Shown here: in pieces, positions 55,791 to 64,000 of the stretch
Position numbering within the stretch: the stretch's first letter is position 1
Layout: every line of letters starts with the position of its first letter
From: Podarcis pityusensis
Taxonomy: Eukaryota
Length of the DNA: 64,000 nucleotides
Direction: 5' to 3' (one strand)
Assembly: GCA_964106645.2 (NCBI GenBank)
Contig: OZ067038.1
The notes under the pieces: model-generated
The model's database searches: none
Told to the model about the DNA's origin: nothing
What the model saw: only the letters and a program-made list of their open reading frames with translations
Position numbers and translations under genes: made by a program

Positions 55791-57169
55791 GGACCTGTTG
55801 GTGACCTCAAAGGATATTGTTACCTCTGTGGATATATATGACTTAGGATCTGCTCTCTGGAGTGGGACCCCTGAGATCTAGTCCCAGTGACTACTTGGGT
55901 GGATTTGCAATTGTTAATCAAAATTTGTTTTGTGGCTGCTAATACCCAATTATTACTGTTCTACTACTCCTCTGCCAGATGAATTGGCAAAAGTGAATTT
56001 TAAAACCTGATATTAAAAAAATAATAACTTTTTTTCTTTCTATTAACAACTTTACACTTTTCAGAAGCACTCATTACAATTTTCTAGTACGGAACTTGGC
56101 CATAAATATCAGTAAGTCAAGTAGAACAAATCTTCTTGTAAGACTTTGTATGCTAGAGATAAAAGACTGATTTCTAATTTGGATAAAGTAGAATTAAATG
56201 TTTCTGAATAATTTACTGAAACTAATTATCCACTCTCCAGTCACATGTATTAGGCAATATAACACAGAAATAAAGCTATTCTACTATATCTAAAGAGTCT
56301 TTAAAAAGCCTTGTAAGAAAAAATTAAATCACTATGAGATTTCCTTGGAACAACAACAACAACCATTCCATTAGTAGTATTAGAGCTTGGGCACCACTGA
56401 AAGCTTTCTGATTTTGATGCTATAAATACTTTTGCCAGTAAAGGTGAATTATTTTTGACATTTTACTAGTGAAATACCATTATACAAGTGCAGCAGCCCT
56501 TGCACTTGGTTTAGTAGGAACACAATCCTACACACCCGGGATGGGGAACCCATGGTCCTTCAGACATTGTTGAACTCCAGCTCCCCTCAGTGAAAATGAT
56601 GGTTACTGTAATCTAGAAACTTTCAAAGGGCCACAAGTTCACCAATCCTACTAACTGGGATAATGTCCCCAAAATTCAGTAGAGCTTACTTCTGAGTAGA
56701 CATGTATAGGATTGTACAACATGTCAGAATGAGCCTCAGAACTGCAGCATAGACCAGGAGACGCTATGTAATATAATGGATGTACACATACGGGTTTGTG
56801 CAGAAAATGACTGTGCCTATCAAGATGTTCCAATAAAGTTTCTGAGCCTTTTGAACCACGAGGCCTTTGGTTTAGTCCTGCCATGGCACTCACATAACTG
56901 AGTAATTCCAACTAGTATTGGGCTTCCATTAGCCAGCATTGTTATTTCAGATAGGCCTGAATGTGCTTTGGCATAACTTCACAGAACAGGTACCACAATC
57001 AAAAGCCATTTTAGCTTAGCTCTTTACAGATCCTTTCCTTACTTTCTCCTATTCACAACTGCTGGAGGTGGGGTGGGGGAGATCTCGCTGCTAATTAGCA
57101 GCATTTTATTTATTTATTTTTAAAAAATTACTATAATGTATAGGGAATTAAAATAACCAAGGAAAAAAA

Positions 57170-58477
57170 CTGGTTTGCAAAACAGTCTTTTATTGTATCC
57201 GTGCCACACATACTAGTGAAAAATAACACTCCTAAAAAAAAGAGAATGCTACCTTTTCCACAACGTTTTGTTTTAAATGAAACTTCAAGTACTCTTACAT
57301 AGGTACAAAAAAAATTCTGATCTATTTGCCTCCAACAGGCCACCACAACACACAGTAGATAAAACACAGTGGTTACAAATGTCTTTTTGTTATTTCTGTG
57401 GCAAGGCAAATGGAGGGAAATGTTTTTATGAAAAAATACTGTGTGCGTAGGAAATTGTCACAATTTTATTCCACATGGATACAAATGATTATACTTGAAT
57501 CTGAGGCCCTGGTGGCTTGAAATTATATAACAAAATAGAAAAATGGAAAACTAATATCCCCTACACCCTGTTTTAAAGGCAGGCACTACAAAGATTAAGG
57601 AGACTCCACAGTGTTGGTAGAGGATAATTACTGTACAAGCCATATATCTATAATTACCTTAAAACTAAAATAAAATGCTACAGTCCTTCTAAGGCATAAA
57701 CAATAATGTCTGCAAACAATATGTACACATCATACATATTTAAAACAAGACTTAATATAAACAATAATGAACAGTATATACATATGTCTCATTTTCTTCA
57801 CTGTCTTGAAATACAATTTAACTACACAAGTGATGCAGCAACATATATATAAATGTACTTGTAACTCTACAGTAAAGTTTAATTTTTCGTGCTTTTTACA
57901 GCACATCAGNNNNNNNNNNNNNNNNNNNNNNNNNNNNNNNNNNNNNNNNNNNNNNNNNNNNNNNNNNNNNNNNNNNNNNNNNNNNNNNNNNNNNNNNNNN
58001 NNNNNNNNNNNNNNNNNNNNNNNNNNNNNNNNNNNNNNNNNNNNNNNNNNNNNNNNNNNNNNNNNNNNNNNNNNNNNNNNNCTACAAAGTAAAAAAAAAT
58101 GAAAAATAGATATTTATTGAAAGGGAAAAGAGAACATTTTTCCCCAAGTAGAGCTCTGGTGGTTGAATATTCAGTGCGTTTTGATATATTTTAAATTGCT
58201 ATTGCACTATTACACCCCTTATGTTTAAATTCTTTGGGTGTGCTTCCCTGTTCTACCTAAAATAGTTTGATAAAACACACAAACCAAGAACCAAGGGCCA
58301 TGGTTGCTGTAGGAGTGAAGCCTTAGGAATTAGTACCACTCCCCAGTGATACTTTAAGTAAAAATAAAACAGTCATTAGTTATGCATGTGCCTTGTACTT
58401 TAATGTAAATACAGTTCACATTGCTGGTCTCATTTATCCTCATTTAATAAAAGAAAACATGTTGGACTGTGATCACT
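57170..58477 (-). other. BAZ2B: BAZ2B 3'UTR (interrupted by an assembly gap), AATAAA at 57470-57465 and 57194-57189
   Basis: AU-rich, repeat-free sequence after the stop, two minus-strand AATAAA; the 3' end position is inferred. Confidence 0.65.
57910..58081. other. Assembly gap (N run) within the BAZ2B 3'UTR
   Basis: 172 N. Confidence 1.
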
Positions 58478-58631
58478 TCAGCTCACTTTGAAAATCTCTG
58501 TCCATTTTTTTTCAAAATGTTTCCTCATGTTGTGGCCAGCCCGGCCTATGTCAGAATCATCTTCATTAAATGTTTCACAGTTGTCAAACACAAGCCTGAC
58601 ATCTACAGCAAAGGCTTCAAGATTAGGATAC
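58478..58631 (-). CDS. BAZ2B: BAZ2B last coding exon, bromodomain C-half (YPNLEAFAVDVRLVFDNCETFNEDDSDIGRAGH...IFKVS*)
   Basis: tttcag|G acceptor, TGA 58480-58478; translated by hand. Confidence 0.94.
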
Positions 58632-59535
58632 CTGAAATATCAAAGAGAGCAAAATTTACTTAAAATACAGAACGGAAGCAAACGATCTAAAACCTCCAAC
58701 AAGGCGGAAAGATATAACAGGATTAATTTAGAACTGCACTTTGTTCATCTTAGATTTAGTCTCACTTCTTCGCTACATGTTATCTTAAACACAGCAGGTG
58801 CTGAATGATACTGGCACCACAGCTTTCAATGAAAGTAAAACTGAGTGAGCACATCTGGTTCGGGTCCATCGAAATGAACAGAAAGCCCATAAACGTCTGC
58901 AGTTTTAATGCAGTATGGGCAGCCATTTTAATGCAGTATGGGCAGCCTAAATAGCTCGAAAACCTCAGAGGCGAGAGAGACTGGGCCCAAGTCATTTCCA
59001 GGATTTTATGGACTCAGCATCACCACAGACCCCTTTTGAGAACAAACCGCCACACCTAGTACCCACACATTAGACTGGGCATGCATGTTATCTACCTGTT
59101 GTTTTGCAATAGATACTCCAGCCCGGAGAAAAGCATATTATTTTATGCCTGCACAGGATGTGGTACAGAAGCTCCTCCATTTGGTTTGTATGACCGCAGC
59201 AGCAACTTAGTCTGCCTCTTAAATATCTATGGCTTCATCCTGAACAGTGGCCTGGCCTAAATGGTCATTAGCACAACTCTCGGAATCAATTGCACTTTTG
59301 GTCCACCTCGCCAGCCATCGGAGCTGGGCACTGGCTGGCCGATTGTCTACTCTTCCACCTACAAATCCTCTCAGCACCCCAGATTGTTCACCCAGTGTTC
59401 TGTTCCAGTAACGGGGGGGGGGGGGACCCAGAAATCTGATTTTACCCAATTATTAAATAAAAAAAAGTTGATGCAATATTACATTGACTTTTTGGGGGAT
59501 GGGGGGGAATGGCAGTTCCTTTGATTTTTACTTAC

Positions 59536-59679
59536 TGTCCATTACTTAGCTTCTCTCGAATGGTGGAAAAATCCATGGGTTTCTTTATAACTTTCCTATA
59601 ACCGGGAACAAGTTTCAAGTTTACAGGAAGCAGGAAAGGCCATGCATCTTCATGAGTTTCCAATTCAGACAGCAGAACA
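59536..59679 (-). CDS. BAZ2B: BAZ2B penultimate exon, bromodomain (VLLSELETHEDAWPFLLPVN...KLSNGQ)
   Basis: tcttag|T acceptor, ACA|gtaagt donor; WPF shelf and KKPMDFSTI motifs. Confidence 0.95.
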
Positions 59680-59959
59680 CTAAGAAAGGCACACGCAAAA
59701 ACAATCAATTGCTGAACAGCTTGGTGCCTCACATGATATTGTCTAGCTATACTTATCTATAAATATGAATGCTGCCTGCTGTGAAACACACTGTACCAGT
59801 AGATAATAATTAAGTTTTATTTAGCTTTTTAAAGCAAAGTTTCAAAGATAAAATACACATTACTTGGGAGGAGAAATGAAAAGTAGAAGAGATTTCCACT
59901 AGTGGATGATGATGATGATTAAAATTTGTATAACGCAGAGGGGGAAAGGTGCTGAAAGC

Positions 59960-60300
59960 CTAAATCTCAACAGGAAGTGATCTTACCATGACAATATCCC
60001 CCACTTTCAGATCACCCTCTCCCTGCCCAGCCAAGAAAACAAGGTTCAGAGTGTGACCTGCCACATGTGTTGGACCAATGACATGTTGGGACAGCCCCAT
60101 GCCTGTCATGGCAGCCATGATGTCCAGAGCCACCCCAGAGTTAACCGCTTCGGCATGGATGCTGAAGTTCTCCAACCTCAGCAGTCTGAGAGTCCTCAAC
60201 ACTGCCTCTGAGACTACTGGGCAGTGAGGCAGGAAGTAAACCAGCAGATTGCCTAATCTGTCACTAACTGCCCGTGCCATGTACCCCTTGCCAGGCCTTC
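59960..60300 (-). mobile_element. L2 LINE endonuclease-domain fragment
   Basis: Translation NFSIHAE...MGLSQHVIGPTHVAGHTLNLVF matches APE endonuclease motifs (GDFNIH, PTH..G.TLDL). Confidence 0.72.
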
Positions 60301-61218
60301 CCTCCCTTCGCCTTCCACAGCAATTGGGGTCCCCCTTGCTCTCTCCAGATCCTCTCTTCCCAGGCACACCTTATGCCCCTTAATATGCAAAACAACAACA
60401 ATCAAAAATTTAAAGGCACACAGTTTTAAAAAGCAGTTAAAAACAATTTAAAACATTTTAAACAAGTAGGGCAAGACCATACCCCAATAAAATGATGTTA
60501 TGGGGTTGGCTTTTGTTCTTGGCTCCTCCCAAAACAGGTCATCTCCCCTGGGGGCATTGCTGCCCCCATTGGCCCCGCTGGCCTCTCAATCAGTCCATCA
60601 GCAGGGGGTGGGGGAGACTTCCCTCTGCTGGCCAAAGGTGCAAAAAGGCCAGCTTCCTCAAGAGGAGGAGTAATTCCAGGAGCTGTGGAGGAGGGCCAGA
60701 TGAACAGCTCAGCTTCTCCACTGATGGTCTCTGGCTGCTGCTACGTTTGAGAGTGGAGTGTCAATTCTCTGGATATCTGGAACCAACCAGCTGTCAGAGC
60801 CTGGGCAGCTGATCTGTACTATCAGATGACCCCCAAAAGAGCTGGCTCAGGCAGAAATTACATGAGATGTTTACATCCGAGTCTACCTCAATCACGTATA
60901 AAATGAATGGGTGCCCCCCCTTTTAAGAACAAAAGGGACATGGGGAAAAAGAGCCACCCTTATCTTTATGCAGTCCATCACCCAAACACCATTTTCTCCA
61001 CATCAGGCTGGGGGAGAGGTAGCAGGGAGGTAGAATGATGAGGTTCATTCATTCAAGCTTTTACTCTACCATTGGGGCCTCCTCCACCTCTTTTTTACAA
61101 AGGACTGGGACAGACCCAGGTTTAAACAAATAGGTCAACTGCTGCACTGTGTGTACTTGGAGGGTTTCAACTTGCCCATAAACAAAATCTAAAATGAATA
61201 TACCCAGCCAGCCAGTAC

Positions 61219-61487
61219 CTGCATATAGCCATGTCCTTAGATTCATCACGTTTAGCTTTCTTCACAGGAGAAACACTTTCCTGTTTTGTTGGGCTAACAG
61301 AAATATTTTCATCCATCTTTCTCTTCTTAGAGTCCATTTTCCCTCTTTTAACAGAGCTGCTTGTAGATGCAGAGTCCTCTTCTTCCACTTCTGCTGCTGC
61401 TAATGGCAGTTTCTTGCCTTTCTTATGCTCGTTGCTTTTCTTCCCTTTGATCTGGTTCTTTTTCACTTTTAAAGTTTGACCACTTGC
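61219..61487 (-). CDS. BAZ2B: BAZ2B exon, basic linker between PHD and bromodomain (ASGQTLKVKK...DMAICS)
   Basis: ctacag|GCA acceptor, CAG|gtactg donor; phase joins the next exon. Confidence 0.92.
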
Positions 61488-63049
61488 CTGTAGCAGGAAG
61501 AAAAAAAATCCCAATAAATGAAGACAAAAACCTAATGGCCAAGCAAACATGCTTGGAATGCTCCCCCCGCCCCCCCCGCTAAGGTGAATCTAGGCACATC
61601 ACTGTTTTCTTTTCACGTGCCCCTTCCAGGATGCCCTCCTACCAAGAAAATTTCTCGGCCCTTAGAAATGATGGGCATTTTCTTACTGCATTTACCCCAT
61701 AAGTCAGTGGCCAGAATCAAAAGCACCACAGGCAAAGGCTCTGCTTCTACAAGGGGGCTTTTCAGCTCCTCTGTCCACCAAAAGGTTGCCCTCCCCCTGC
61801 CTTCCAAAAACCCTGAAGCAGCATCCTATGAGACACAAGGGCTGCTGGTGGAAAGAAATATCCCATTTCCTGTGCACATACTGGTGCTTCCTGCTTGTGA
61901 ATGGGGAGGGCAGGGAGACGTTACATCTGGTCTGTTTAAAAATACATGAATATTTCAGACAGCAAAATATTTGGGTGGCGGTAAAAGAGAGCTTGATTTC
62001 TAGAATCCTCTTAAAACCAGGCCAGTTTCAAGGCCACTCTAGAGTTCTACAGACGTTGCCAGACAGTTTCCCTTTTTCTCAGAGTGTTCAGACTTCAAAG
62101 AAAAAAATTTAATCACTATAACTGTTGTGACGATTCAACACCGCTCTATCAACTTTAAACAAAGGCTGTAAATTCACAGTAAACAACAATGTACCAAATG
62201 GAAGCCTGTAAATGGAAGTCTGTTTAACATTTTTACTTTAGATGTGGAACAAAGAGCACACTAATTAAACAGGCGATTGATACTAAAATGGAAGAAGCTG
62301 CAAATGAAAAGGAGACCAAAGGGGGTAAAGACCACCAATAGACCCAGACAGATTACAAAACAATGCTCGAGAAAGCTAAGATTCTATGTGACAAAATAAA
62401 GAGCCGTATTCATCTGAATCCAAATAGCTTAACCATGCTGTTCAGCATAAAAGGGGGGGGGGGCGTTTTGAGAACAGAGAAAATATTATACAAAAGTTAT
62501 GGCTAGAAAAACACACACCATGATTTAAGGTTATGTACACAAAAACATGCAGTAAATTAAGTGGACAATAGCAGATGTCTTCCAGGAATAAAAGAAATTT
62601 AAAATAGCTATTTATTGTAAAGATCCATGTTTTTTACATGAAATAATAACAAAAGCCTTCCAGCACCTTAAAGACTAACAAATATATTATGGAATAAGCA
62701 CTCATGGACTACAGTGCACTGCAGAACATCACAGACACCCTTGCTTCTTTGCTACATCCACCTTCATTATAAATGTGATGAAAGAGGTTTTGCTCTATGC
62801 ATACATTGGGAGATATCTAACATTACTCATGCTCAGAGAAGATCCACTATTCCAATGAGACTTTTGTGAATATAACTTAGTTGGATCCATCACTCATAGC
62901 AAGAAAAATACATTCCTCAACACTTAACTTGTCTATTGCATTTTCTCTCTTGCCACTTAGGAAGTGTTCCCTTTTACACACTATATATTGTTATGGACAC
63001 AAAACATTTTGCATGTACTGTACCTCTAAAAAAAACTGTTTAGGGAAGG

Positions 63050-63131
63050 ACTATTGTATTTTAATATTTTGTTGGAAGCCATCCAGAGTGGCTGGGGAAA
63101 CTCAGCCAGATGGGCGGGGTACACATAATAA

Positions 63132-63176
<45 letters not shown>
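63050..63176 (+). mobile_element. SINE/L2-related 3' end with (ATT)n tail
   Basis: GGAAGCCATCCAGAGTGGCTGGGGAAACTCAGCCAGATGGGCGGGGTA...AATAAA(TTA)n; antisense relative at 42012-42150. Confidence 0.55.
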
Positions 63177-63177
<1 letters not shown>

Positions 63178-63424
63178 GAAGAGATCCTGAATGGCAATAG
63201 GGAAATGCAGAAGACAAATTATATGTAGATATATCTAATCTAAATTTCTTAGTTATCATTTTCTAATCCTAAATTCACTTTTCCAACATTTCCATGTCTG
63301 TTTGCAATTATTAAAATAAAACCTCAGAAATTACATCAGTATTTTAGCACGTTTCACCTAATGTTCATTTTTTGCATGCCATTTTCCTTAATATACAATT
63401 TTTACAAGCAATGCTCATAATATA

Positions 63425-63666
63425 CAGTGGTACTTCGGGTTAAGAACTTAATTCGTTCCGGAGGTCCGTTCTTAATCTGAAACTGTTCTTAACCTGAAGC
63501 ACCACTTTAGCTAATGGGGCCTCCTGGTGCCGCCGCGCCGCCGGAGCATGATTTCTGTTCTCATCCTGAAGCAAAGTTCTTAACCTGAGGTACTATTTCT
63601 GGGTTAGCAGAGTCTGTAACCTGTAGCGTATGTAACCTGAAGCATATGTAACCCGAGGTACCACTG
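63425..63666 (-). mobile_element. Tigger-like MITE, family A, reverse orientation
   Basis: TIRs and TA TSD. Confidence 0.88.
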
Positions 63667-64000
63667 TAATTCATTTTGTATGCTATTTTCACTTATATAT
63701 GCATTTTTTATAATCCTCTGTTTTTGGGAGAACTACATTATAAATTCAGAAAAGGATAGCTGTATTTCAGTTCACACATTTATTTCAAGAGGTGCAAATT
63801 AGCTAGATTTGCATTAAAATGTGAACCGAGCCAAATTTATTCCCAGTACTTATTTGCCAAACACGTGACTATTTTTTCAATGAAGTAGCAGCTTGAATGG
63901 GTGTTGCTTCAACACACAATGGCCAATATCCAGAGGAATGTGCACCGTTCCCACACCCATCAGAATGACTGTCAGGATATTTATGCTTCTTCAGAAATTA

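Noticed and set aside
62650-62720. Possible Penelope-element remnants (also about 33040-33100 and 53480-53510)
   Set aside because: Too short and degenerate to call from memory.

Overview
Vertebrate genomic DNA. The repeat content (SINE tails, CR1/L2, hAT and Tc1/mariner MITEs) suggests a squamate, probably a lacertid lizard; this is inference. The window holds the conserved syntenic block TANC1 (+), WDSUB1 (-) and BAZ2B (-). TANC1: last 15 coding exons, 821-20327 (end of the NTPase-like region, ankyrin repeats, TPRs, C-terminal PDZ ligand ESNV), with the 3'UTR reaching about 21.5 kb. WDSUB1: complete and convergent with TANC1, 10 coding exons 48140->22665 giving a 483-aa WD40-SAM-U-box protein, with a CpG-island promoter and non-coding first exon(s) at about 51-51.8 kb. 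BAZ2B: last three coding exons (bromodomain) and 3'UTR. All exon phases were checked by hand and join into open frames with GT-AG boundaries. Introns are rich in non-autonomous DNA transposons, and there are two assembly gaps. I see no evidence of a wholly new gene system. The most unusual items are a TSD-flanked hAT element carrying CpG-island/first-exon-like cargo (34805-35630), a TA-flanked MITE built from tandem hairpins (45038-45800), a regenerated perfect 5' splice site at a TANC1 exon junction (6871), and several RNA-structure or splicing candidates.
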